The position numbers and the translations under genes are program-made. Below the pieces are notes generated by a model. That model searched no databases, was not told the DNA's origin, and saw nothing but the letters and a program-made list of their open reading frames with translations. Below are positions 57,101-64,000 of a stretch of DNA of 64,000 nucleotides, in pieces. Origin of the DNA: a virus; the IMG/VR virus record IMGVR_UViG_3300025759_000073, positions 21,076 to 85,075 of that record; one strand, 5' to 3'. How positions within the stretch are numbered: position 1 is the first letter of the stretch; the number at the start of each line of letters is the position of its first letter.

Positions 57101-59778
57101 TCTTCATCAATGATTTCATTTGCTGCTGGTTTGTAGTAGTCAAAGATATCAACCCCAGCAACAATTCTAGCTTCTTCTTTGAAGTTCACCAATTCTTTAT
57201 ATTTCAAAGAGCCGGCTCGTGATGAAAACAATTTTCCACAAAAACTTCTATCATCTGCCGGGTAATAAGGTGGAATAACATCATATGACGAAATCTTCGA
57301 CGAATCAAAAGAGTTATTAGACGCGGCGACAGGAACTTTTCTAGAATAAACACTATTGTAACAAACCTTTGCTAACTGGTTGTATGTCGTGTGCAATTCT
57401 CTTTTGTATTTTTCATCAATTAAAGAATTTGAATCATCCCTCCCTACCTTGCCATAATCAATGCCAAGAGAGTTGTACAAGTAATTTGTAAATGAATTTC
57501 CTTCCTTGATATCATCTTTCTTCTGCTCTAGAATAACTTCGTTTTTAAACCCTGTAGGGATTGGCCTGTATCGTACATTTTTATCGCCTATCGCAATTAA
57601 GCTGCTAATTTCAGCAAACCGGCTCCTGTTTCTTCTCTTTTTTTCGAACGGAGTATAAGAGTAGGCACACAGCTTTGTATAGAATGGAACTTTTAAATCA
57701 GAATTGTAAAAATATCTCTTAGGATCTGCCCCTTTATCGGTTGCTTTGAACACGTCAACATAATATGATAATGCTCTAGAGCTTTCTGTAAAGTTTCCAT
57801 AATTCTTGAACACGGTGTATTCATATTGCCCATCGGATAATTGGCTACGAATCTCACCTTCGCTTAAAAGAATGTTCTTTTCTAACTGAGGATTGATTTG
57901 CTTGCTTATCTTAGAAATGCCTTCTTTTTCATAAGACTTAATTAAAGAATTCTTTATCCTATTGATATCCCCTTGGGCAGCTTTATTAGAGCCAGTCAAT
58001 TGCCTAAATATTGAATTTAAAAAAGGCTCTGCATCTTCGTTGTAATTAAAATTAAAGTTATAATACTTTTTATAACCATCTATTCCGTTTTTATAATAGG
58101 TTTCATAGCCATCCACAATCGAAAGCAATCTTCTTTCTTTTCTTCTCTGTTCTTCTCTTTCCAAAAGCTTTTGGATTGCTTGCTGATTTGCTCTCATTTC
58201 TTTTGGGAAATAGGCAATCTCAATTGCTCTTGATAAACCTTCTTTTTTATTTTTTATGTAATCTTTTCTAAGAGATTTAAGCTTGTCTTTGTCCCTTTGA
58301 AAAACGCAAGGTCGCAACTTTCCAGCGTAACTATCCGGGTCTAAACAAGGATCGTCTCCAAGTGATGCAACCGCTACATCGGCACACAATTCCTCTCTTT
58401 CCGGTAAGATATTTCCTAAATACACAAAAAGGTTTTTGACTTTCTCTTCTGTATTCAAATATAAAGCAATATTTGGGTAGAATGCTTCAATATAAAATAT
58501 AACAGATTCCACCACTTGTTCTTCTGCCGCCCCTTCAAACAAGGAACAAACCTCAATCTTTGTTAAAAACGAAGAAAGATCTGCCAAAAGACCTATAAAA
58601 TCATCCAAAGTATCAGAATCTAATCCAAACTGCCTTCTTAATTCCTCTTTGAGTTCTGGAATATCATCAAAAGAGAACGTACCAACTTCGTCTTCGTCAC
58701 AAATGTTATTAACAATAACATCAATTGTCTTAGTTGCTGCTGTCACTATAATTGGAACAATTGCATTTAAAAATTGCTCTCTTCTCCTGTTGACAAGAGC
58801 ATCATTAACTGTTCTAATTGGAGCCATTCTTAAGGTTTTTTTAGAATTTGAATAATTTGCAATATATTTACTAACAAAATCAAAACCATCTTCTGTAATG
58901 CCCAAAGCTTTGTCTGCTATGTTCAAACTTTCAGTTATAAATTCATCTGTGTTTTTTGCAAAATCATCAATTTCTTTCTGTTTTTGTTCAAAAACTTCTT
59001 TAACTTCACTGAGGGGGATGTTTTTCGTCAAACACCTTATGGCATCGCCTGCCAAATTATCAACATTGAACTTTCTTACATAATTTCCATAAAAAGCGCT
59101 TACTTGCTTATAGCCAGAAGAGGACATAACTTCTCTTGCAAAGTCCGATTTCAAATTTTTATAATTTGAAGTAAAGAAGTTTCCAACTTTTTGATTGTTA
59201 TTTTTAAATCTTAAAGATGCTTTGTAAAACTGATCAATATAGGTATTAATATAGTTGTTGATTTCGTCCTTTTCTTGCCTTGCTATCTCTGCTGTTTTTA
59301 AAATCTTGTTATTTTGCTTTTTCTGGATCTTTTTAAGCTCTTTGACGGCCTTCTTTTCGCCTCTCGTTTGAGCATCAATCTCATCCAATTCGCTATATGC
59401 ATCTTCAATTTTTCTTTCTTTTTCTCTTTTTTGCCTTTCTTGGACTTTTTTAGACAAAAAGTCATCTAGATATTTAATATATTCTCTGAAATTTGATAAT
59501 TCTCTTTTTCTGGGGGCTACAATTCTGTCTGGGCCGACAAGATTATATGAAAAAGCATTCAAAGACTTCAAAAGCGAAATATACTTTGAAAGATCGGCTT
59601 CTTTTTCAAAAAGAGAGCGAACATATTCTTTATTATTAGCAGGATCTCCAATAGTATTATATACTTTTCTCCAATCAGCCTCTTTACTGCTATCTGCCAA
59701 ATAAAATGCGAAGGAAGAGATCTTTTCAATATTATCTACTGCCAAGCGATCAAATTCTTGAAAACTGTAATTTGCCAT
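54187..59778 (-). CDS. Very large hypothetical protein (1863 aa) in the baseplate-hub block
   Basis: Mostly helical, with a hydrophobic segment near the C-terminus and a terminal TSGGEY...G..YVGRYH.H.DG..MAG.DH module. Confidence 0.65.
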   Translation of the reverse strand: MANYSFQEFDRLAVDNIEKISSFAFYLADSSKEADWRKVYNTIGDPANNKEYVRSLFEKEADLSKYISLLKSLNAFSYNLVGPDRIVAPRKRELSNFREYIKYLDDFLSKKVQERQKREKERKIEDAYSELDEIDAQTRGEKKAVKELKKIQKKQNNKILKTAEIARQEKDEINNYINTYIDQFYKASLRFKNNNQKVGNFFTSNYKNLKSDFAREVMSSSGYKQVSAFYGNYVRKFNVDNLAGDAIRCLTKNIPLSEVKEVFEQKQKEIDDFAKNTDEFITESLNIADKALGITEDGFDFVSKYIANYSNSKKTLRMAPIRTVNDALVNRRREQFLNAIVPIIVTAATKTIDVIVNNICDEDEVGTFSFDDIPELKEELRRQFGLDSDTLDDFIGLLADLSSFLTKIEVCSLFEGAAEEQVVESVIFYIEAFYPNIALYLNTEEKVKNLFVYLGNILPEREELCADVAVASLGDDPCLDPDSYAGKLRPCVFQRDKDKLKSLRKDYIKNKKEGLSRAIEIAYFPKEMRANQQAIQKLLEREEQRRKERRLLSIVDGYETYYKNGIDGYKKYYNFNFNYNEDAEPFLNSIFRQLTGSNKAAQGDINRIKNSLIKSYEKEGISKISKQINPQLEKNILLSEGEIRSQLSDGQYEYTVFKNYGNFTESSRALSYYVDVFKATDKGADPKRYFYNSDLKVPFYTKLCAYSYTPFEKKRRNRSRFAEISSLIAIGDKNVRYRPIPTGFKNEVILEQKKDDIKEGNSFTNYLYNSLGIDYGKVGRDDSNSLIDEKYKRELHTTYNQLAKVCYNSVYSRKVPVAASNNSFDSSKISSYDVIPPYYPADDRSFCGKLFSSRAGSLKYKELVNFKEEARIVAGVDIFDYYKPAANEIIDEELERERYLDLLLKFKLQVASFVLKSIHVFSQFDFEEVDVDDMMKDFIYIQMFRNLIFKDALGSQESFDYLRLTQSEKQEFLKKIRYFDFAPEFADKIKKEINDIDKNLSGKNIADQKKAASDFGTNVSRNNSFFSNVVLKYLDWNASDLIISNVGKNSKIYEFKTGANASFKNSSQSVNPIFANISNTGFTIDRSLRGQDLIRAIQALLNQSAIDVRNSLDKIGLVQKEKESLKQQKEFLNSMIERFKQLDVSKISISGTKNGNDLIVNDAYDITKVLLHHHNKVEKIKQETDFCIAIRDLIAVEISRISKRLKEIVYPEEIKDRSVFSIDERFLEEKLNFINLDYNNQFNYRLMLKRGLTEFLKDAVSYQFPYFENLSTSEKYVKEELRRNIDSQLGRNYFLITTISYSEKTAGKFKVSVRKAFPFEEATFNQSGFKDVDGFRVVVPFDKNKKPDNQSYNAHNLEENLLIEDVFGKNSYFKLKRKTSDKGKNVLKDVFYTFSEYPNSSVGGFFEKWKDLEGTDVSFFGPSYKQSFELGVSNPSINYNYQPPSVLKSNNSTEETFFANKADKSLEYVAKLDNISNSRRFLIEKKPIYQKEYDSDILQNGSLRKNYVKKYGKDRRLNIEDYFHYCIKEEFLKDIKKDLFTNQYGYVFEEALPVRKYLSHIAVNLNLHTDHINSVIKDLNSDVFSLNYVDPLQRANNIIDLKIGQINSLTDRDVQYIKSVNWDQVGVEVGNQLFDFALFTLKGKIQAFLNDVEVKEPAVALGAVQARVVGELFRNSIKAANKVEEGAKNVGSLFGADIPDKFPSQQQMVSGNKLFKYLFNPPVAPFAITNAGLGLPPLNMTEFVLYLVFEAILISLDLGQEEIEKLKNQLFDVPEGQISFLKAPEENFEKACKDLLEEYLLRNPKVSDGITSGGEYITPDGKSYVGRYHTHKDGTVMAGKDHKEVEENVVLTKVVKRDDIEDA

Positions 59779-60773
59779 TAGTTTGTCCCATTAAATCTTG
59801 AAAGTAAGAATGTCTCTTCTTTCGGATTTGTCCAGATTTGTTCCCAATTGGTTAGGTTATCAACTTGCTGCTCTAACCTTCTTCCTATGCTCTCCATTTG
59901 TTTATTCAGCTTTGATGACAAACCAACAAAAGCCTCGATCGTTATAACGCCGGGAGGCGTAGTTGGAGCGCCCGGAGCGCTTGAAAAGTGAGTGTGATTT
60001 GAAACCACCCTATTAAATGAAAGTTGATAACTAACAAACTCTTGCAAAAGCCCATTTAATATTAAAACATTCTCATACATTTGATAATAACTTTGAAAAA
60101 AGTTCTTGCCTTTAACAAATGGCTGTACCTCTAAAACACCTTTGTCTGCATTTTGAGCGATCAATTGAATGCCGGCTGGTGTTTTATCACCTTTGTTGTA
60201 CACACCCGTAACCAACTTAATCCCTTCGTCACCAACAATCCGAACCAAATCTGCTTTCACACCGATAGCGGGACGACCTGTAATGCTAGGCGCTGTGTTG
60301 AAATTATCAGTTTTTACTATCCCAAAGTTTTGATCAATGTCTGTCTTTTCTGATATATAAATTCTAGCAGCATCGTACCGAAAGTTGGGATCTGCGAACA
60401 CTCTTCTTTCAGGGCCACCGCCTTGTCTGATTGTTGTTTTTGCAAATTGAGATACTCTACCCGCAACAATATCGATTGTAGAAGATTTTTGATGACCTAA
60501 GCCTCCATACCCCGATGTCAACCCAGAAGGTCTATCTTTCCCTATTACTATTGACGCATTGGAGTTCTTACTATCTAATATAATATCCCCATCTGCCTTG
60601 ATATACTCTGGCTTTGGGATAAGCATTTGAGAGCCGCCCACGCCTAGCATTCTAGCTTTTCGCAAGCTTGGGTTTAGGTTGTTAATTTCTTTTAACTGAT
60701 CGGTGCTTAAAGCATCTTTATCTGTGTTTAATCTTTTTGCACCCTGAGAAGGTTTACTTGCGCTGATTGTCAT
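59778..60773 (-). CDS. Baseplate spike-like protein (gp5/gpV C-terminal-like)
   Basis: Short beta-repeat segments and an NHTH (HxH) metal-tip motif followed by PGAPTTPP; located between the hub and gp25. Confidence 0.55.
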   Translation of the reverse strand: MTISASKPSQGAKRLNTDKDALSTDQLKEINNLNPSLRKARMLGVGGSQMLIPKPEYIKADGDIILDSKNSNASIVIGKDRPSGLTSGYGGLGHQKSSTIDIVAGRVSQFAKTTIRQGGGPERRVFADPNFRYDAARIYISEKTDIDQNFGIVKTDNFNTAPSITGRPAIGVKADLVRIVGDEGIKLVTGVYNKGDKTPAGIQLIAQNADKGVLEVQPFVKGKNFFQSYYQMYENVLILNGLLQEFVSYQLSFNRVVSNHTHFSSAPGAPTTPPGVITIEAFVGLSSKLNKQMESIGRRLEQQVDNLTNWEQIWTNPKEETFLLSRFNGTN

Positions 60774-60775
60774 TT

Positions 60776-62248
60776 TTATCTATCCCAAAATCCAAATTGA
60801 TCTGCCAAAGCAAATGTGATTGGTATACCAAAAACCACTACGTCTTTTCTGTGTTTTGCTCGTGTCCCTCTCTTGTTTAAAGAGTAAAAAGTTCTTGTTG
60901 CTAATTTTGTTTTATATTGAAAAAACATTGCTTCATATGTTTCTATTTTGTATTTATTTCCTGATTTTTTAAACCCTTTGCCGGCAGACACAGCAACGTG
61001 TCCATATTTTCCACGACTACTATTTCTAACATAAAAAACACAGGCCCCGGGGGTATATGCAAACTGCTCAATGGTGATATCCAAGCCAAAATTCAATGCA
61101 TATAAGGTTTGAGAGTGAGAACCCCTTCCATATTCCCAAGCAACTTTATCATAAGTTTTTGGACTTCTTTTTGCATCATAGCCCCTTAACCCAAGAATAA
61201 AACCCAACTCAAAAGCTAGCCAAGCAGGAATTCCTGAACAATCAAATGTACCATCTTTGAAGACACCGGTTCCATCAGTTGTCATCAAATTGGAATAGTT
61301 ATTAAAATAACCATCTTTTGTAAAACCTTTTCCTGTTGCTTTTAAAATTCCAGCAATATTGTTAGGTTGCTTATATCTTCCGGGGTTTGTGTATTTTTGA
61401 ACTCCACCAAACATATAAGGATAAAACTTTCCGCCGGCAAATCCAGAGTCCATTATTGATCTGATTTTTTGCTCAAATTGCTTGTCTTTCCAAAGGGATT
61501 TGCCTTTCGTGCTTCTAATCCTGTTTCTCATAGAAATAGCGGCTTCTCTTATCTTCTTGTTGCAAGGTTTGCAGTTGTAATTAAAATGTCTAATTTCACC
61601 ATCGTAGTTAAAGATGTAAGAGTTTATCTGACTTCCTTTTATAATAGAGTTTTTTTCACAGTCATCGCTGCTAGTTTTCAAAGAAGATAGCCTTGTTTTT
61701 TGCCTAGTCTTTTGTGCCAGTGCACGAACATCTACCGTTGTACTGAAAGATAAAGCTCCTTGGGCTCCGGGAGGCACACCAGTCCCAACGACAGAGACAA
61801 CCCTACCCTGACTTGGAACGCCTCCAGCAACTGTGTCATACTTTACTTCAACAACATCGCCTTTGTTGAGTGGTGTCTTTGAAGGATTGAAAACATAACT
61901 CTGTGAGTCGTTAAACTCAGAAGAGATCAAAAGAGCAACAATCTTCTCTATCTGATCTTTTGAAAGATCTTTGTTTACTTCGACTTCTAAAGGGTTTCTT
62001 TTATTTGCGTGAATATCGTGAACATAGACATGATAGTATTCGGTTGCTTCTGCGCCGTCTCCATTGATATCCGGAGCCAACACGATAGCGGAATATCTAT
62101 TATTTGAAGAAATTATACCCTTTGGCCTATAAACTGCCTCTCTGATAAACTTGCGCATTTCAACAAATGCTTGGTTATCATCATAGTAAAGATCGTTAAA
62201 ACCTAGAGTGTCAAACTCAGATCCTTTATCATAAAAATCATCAGCCAC
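60776..62248 (-). CDS. Baseplate hub-associated protein with a C-terminal NlpC/P60 peptidase (virion peptidoglycan hydrolase)
   Basis: OB-like N-terminus (Y.V.V...H...P; GDVVEVKY) and Y.FGG...FDCSG...PGACVFY...YGHVAV catalytic Cys/His. GTG start with AGGAGG SD. Confidence 0.7.
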   Translation of the reverse strand: MADDFYDKGSEFDTLGFNDLYYDDNQAFVEMRKFIREAVYRPKGIISSNNRYSAIVLAPDINGDGAEATEYYHVYVHDIHANKRNPLEVEVNKDLSKDQIEKIVALLISSEFNDSQSYVFNPSKTPLNKGDVVEVKYDTVAGGVPSQGRVVSVVGTGVPPGAQGALSFSTTVDVRALAQKTRQKTRLSSLKTSSDDCEKNSIIKGSQINSYIFNYDGEIRHFNYNCKPCNKKIREAAISMRNRIRSTKGKSLWKDKQFEQKIRSIMDSGFAGGKFYPYMFGGVQKYTNPGRYKQPNNIAGILKATGKGFTKDGYFNNYSNLMTTDGTGVFKDGTFDCSGIPAWLAFELGFILGLRGYDAKRSPKTYDKVAWEYGRGSHSQTLYALNFGLDITIEQFAYTPGACVFYVRNSSRGKYGHVAVSAGKGFKKSGNKYKIETYEAMFFQYKTKLATRTFYSLNKRGTRAKHRKDVVVFGIPITFALADQFGFWDR

Positions 62249-62260
62249 AAAAAGACCTCC

Positions 62261-62536
62261 TTACTTTTCATTTTCCAACATATCATAAAGTTCTTCGGAG
62301 GAAAGATCGTCGCTTTCATGACGAAGCTTTTTTTCTTGGAGTGTCAAAACTTTGATCAATTGCTCATTAGACCTTTGAAGAGCTTCAAAATACTTTGCAA
62401 CAACCATTCCGGCACGAGTATGATTTTCTTCGTTCTTTTTCAAATAAACCATTGCATCAACCAAAACAGAGTTGATTGCTGCTCTATCTGTTTTAACGTT
62501 GTCTAAGATCTCTTCTAGCTTTTGATCGTAATCCAT
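62261..62536 (-). CDS. Hypothetical protein
   Basis: 91-aa helical ORF containing AKYFEALQRSNEQLIK. Confidence 0.65.
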   Translation of the reverse strand: MDYDQKLEEILDNVKTDRAAINSVLVDAMVYLKKNEENHTRAGMVVAKYFEALQRSNEQLIKVLTLQEKKLRHESDDLSSEELYDMLENEK

Positions 62537-62537
62537 T

Positions 62538-63263
62538 TTAGATTTCTCCGTTATCCCACTTTTGCTTGAATTCTCTATATCTTTTCCTGATCTTCGTTAA
62601 ACTGGAAGTTAGTTGTTTTGTGTTCATTCCAGTGATTTCTCGAAGATATAGATAAATAGCTTTCTTATTAAAAATTGGGATTGAATCAATGTCTCGGAAA
62701 ATAATCTCAATGGCTTTGATAAGTTTTTCTTCTTGTTCTTTTAGATCCATTTTCTTCCATTCTTGGATTTCATTTCCTAAAAGCATCATAAACTCAGAGT
62801 TTTCTCTTTTTTCGTGGTATTTGTTTTCAACGATCAATTGATCTTTAACTTCATAGATGTCTTCAATAACAATGTGCTTTTTAAGTCTTTTCTTGTGTTT
62901 CTTTGTTTCGTGAATAAACCAGTTTTTAGTGATCACAGAAAAGTAAGAAAAAGCTTTGTGACCCTTTTCAGGTTGAAACTTTTCTAAGATTGTGACTAAC
63001 CAGACTTTGCATTCTTCTCGGAGGGAATCAATATTGGGAAGGCTTGTAAATCGGTAAGTGTAAACAATTTTATCAACCATTTCAGAAAAAACTGGCTTGA
63101 TATCTTGCTTGTAAATGCGGCTTCTAACGTTGATATCTTCTGTGCTGTTGTACTTTATAATCTGCTGTTCGTGAAATTTGGTAAAGTACATATTCTCTTT
63201 TTTTCTTTTTCTACCTCTCTTCTTCGGCTGGTTTTGTTGTTTGTTCGGCTGGGGCATATTCAT
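62538..63263 (-). CDS. Phage sigma-factor-like protein (candidate late sigma, gp55-like)
   Basis: YFT..HE..II.YN and KFQPEKGHKAFSYFSVITKNWFI resemble sigma region 2; C-terminal HTH-like NKKAIYLYLREITG. Confidence 0.6.
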   Translation of the reverse strand: MNMPQPNKQQNQPKKRGRKRKKENMYFTKFHEQQIIKYNSTEDINVRSRIYKQDIKPVFSEMVDKIVYTYRFTSLPNIDSLREECKVWLVTILEKFQPEKGHKAFSYFSVITKNWFIHETKKHKKRLKKHIVIEDIYEVKDQLIVENKYHEKRENSEFMMLLGNEIQEWKKMDLKEQEEKLIKAIEIIFRDIDSIPIFNKKAIYLYLREITGMNTKQLTSSLTKIRKRYREFKQKWDNGEI

Positions 63264-63588
63264 CCTTTATGTTTTCCTCTAATTCTTGCAGCAGTTCTTT
63301 TTCTTCTTCATATTCTTCTTCTTCGTATAAGAGAGAATAAAAGTCTTCAAAGTTTTCTATCTTGTCTTTTAAATGTTTTGTATGTGTTATTAGAGCTTTT
63401 AAAGTTTCATCCCCATAGAACATTTCCATTGAATAAAGAGCTTTAAGGTGTTCTAAGAATTCTAACACCTCTTCTCTTAATTCAGCGACGTTCTCAGCAA
63501 AAAAGAAAAGTTTTCGAAGAAGGGCAACCACATAAAATGTTCCTCCTATAACTAGGAGAGTTAGCAAAGTTGCATAAATAGTTAACAT
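63211..63588 (-). CDS. Hypothetical membrane-anchored coiled-coil protein
   Basis: N-terminal TM, EMFYGDETL motif and acidic tail. Confidence 0.6.
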   Translation of the reverse strand: MLTIYATLLTLLVIGGTFYVVALLRKLFFFAENVAELREEVLEFLEHLKALYSMEMFYGDETLKALITHTKHLKDKIENFEDFYSLLYEEEEYEEEKELLQELEENIKDEYAPAEQTTKPAEEER

Positions 63589-63852
63589 TTATTTTTCCCA
63601 CTCTTTTTGAAGATTTAATTTTTGCTGTTTGATTTCTTCCTTTGTTTCTTCAATGTGTTTTTTCACTAAATCTCCCGGTTTTCTACCTTTTTTGTCTTGA
63701 ATTTTGATAAAATGCCTATGAAAAGAAGGCACTTTTTCTACCTGACACTCTTCTTGTTCGCAATCTGGGTGTCTTTCAAGAGTTTCACTCATTTGATGAC
63801 GATACTCGAAAACAAATCCACAGATCTTGCAACAATAATCGTACTTAGGCAT
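63589..63852 (-). CDS. FmdB-family Zn-ribbon protein
   Basis: MPKYDYCCKICGFVFE...MSE....HPDC. Start is probably ATG 63852, overlapping the upstream stop. Confidence 0.75.
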   Translation of the reverse strand: MPKYDYCCKICGFVFEYRHQMSETLERHPDCEQEECQVEKVPSFHRHFIKIQDKKGRKPGDLVKKHIEETKEEIKQQKLNLQKEWEK

Positions 63853-64000
63853 CCAATTCTTCCGTTTTTCCAACATTTGAAAATTCCTCCAAGGTTTTAC
63901 CTTTTGGAGGATTATTAACGATCAAAAGTTCATTTTGATCTAGTTGGAAGTCAAAATCTTGCAAAACTGGGACAATGTCGGATTGTTCCAAGATTGAATT
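63845..64000 (-). CDS. 3' end of a hypothetical gene entering from outside the window
   Basis: Open frame NSILEQSDIVPVLQDFDFQLDQNELLIVNNPPKGKTLEEFSNVGKTEELDA* ending in an ATGCCTAA overlap. Confidence 0.55.
   Translation of the reverse strand, partial: NSILEQSDIVPVLQDFDFQLDQNELLIVNNPPKGKTLEEFSNVGKTEELDA

Noticed and set aside
62652-63582. Intragenic ATAAATAG copies (62652, 63574)
   Set aside because: They fall in coding sequence (AIYL, TIYA codons) and are not at the usual 28-34 nt from a start.
63853-63876. Longer start for the FmdB protein
   Set aside because: The family begins at MPxYxY and ATG 63852 overlaps the upstream stop. A GGAGG before 63876 means the longer start is not fully excluded.
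64-63918. Numerous plus-strand ORFs in the track (e.g. 1396-2067, 2383-2895, 27660-28181, 32932-33636)
   Set aside because: They lie antisense to well-supported minus-strand genes and show no recognisable motifs; they are shadow ORFs.
1-64000. CRISPR array, tRNA/rRNA, integrase/transposase, inteins/introns, stop-codon reassignment
   Set aside because: None seen by eye: intergenic gaps are short, terminase and primase are of normal length, and TAA, TAG and TGA all end genes at tight junctions. tRNAscan and Infernal were not run.

Overview
This 64 kb window is part of a large T4-like (far-T4/jumbo-type) tailed dsDNA phage genome. Essentially every gene lies on the minus strand, uses genetic code 11 and is tightly coupled to its neighbours. 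In the direction of transcription (right to left) the order is: FmdB Zn-ribbon and sigma-factor-like genes; a baseplate/tail block (gp5-like hub with an NlpC/P60 domain, spike, gp25, gp6, a 2818-aa LamG protein, tail-collar-like proteins); a replication/recombination islet with sigma70-type promoters (RuvC, primase, fused gp47-gp46/SbcD-SbcC); an accessory block at about 14.4-26.2 kb that includes a lysis cassette; and the head module (terminase, portal, prohead protease, phage-encoded ribosomal protein bS21, fibre/decoration genes, scaffold, major capsid protein, neck). The most interesting signal is a set of unrelated accessory proteins that share short leader or tail peptides and L/I/M-x-E junctions of the type cut by T4 gp21. 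Their payloads resemble ADP-ribosyltransferases, a DNA glycosylase, a zincin and basic DNA-binding modules, which suggests a capsid-packaged, protease-matured effector system. Other signals are a candidate late promoter (ACTATTTAT), an unannotated micro-ORF with a GC hairpin, and apparent S/T-G/A/S-S enrichment in outer virion proteins. All family assignments come from motifs recognised by eye; no searches were run.
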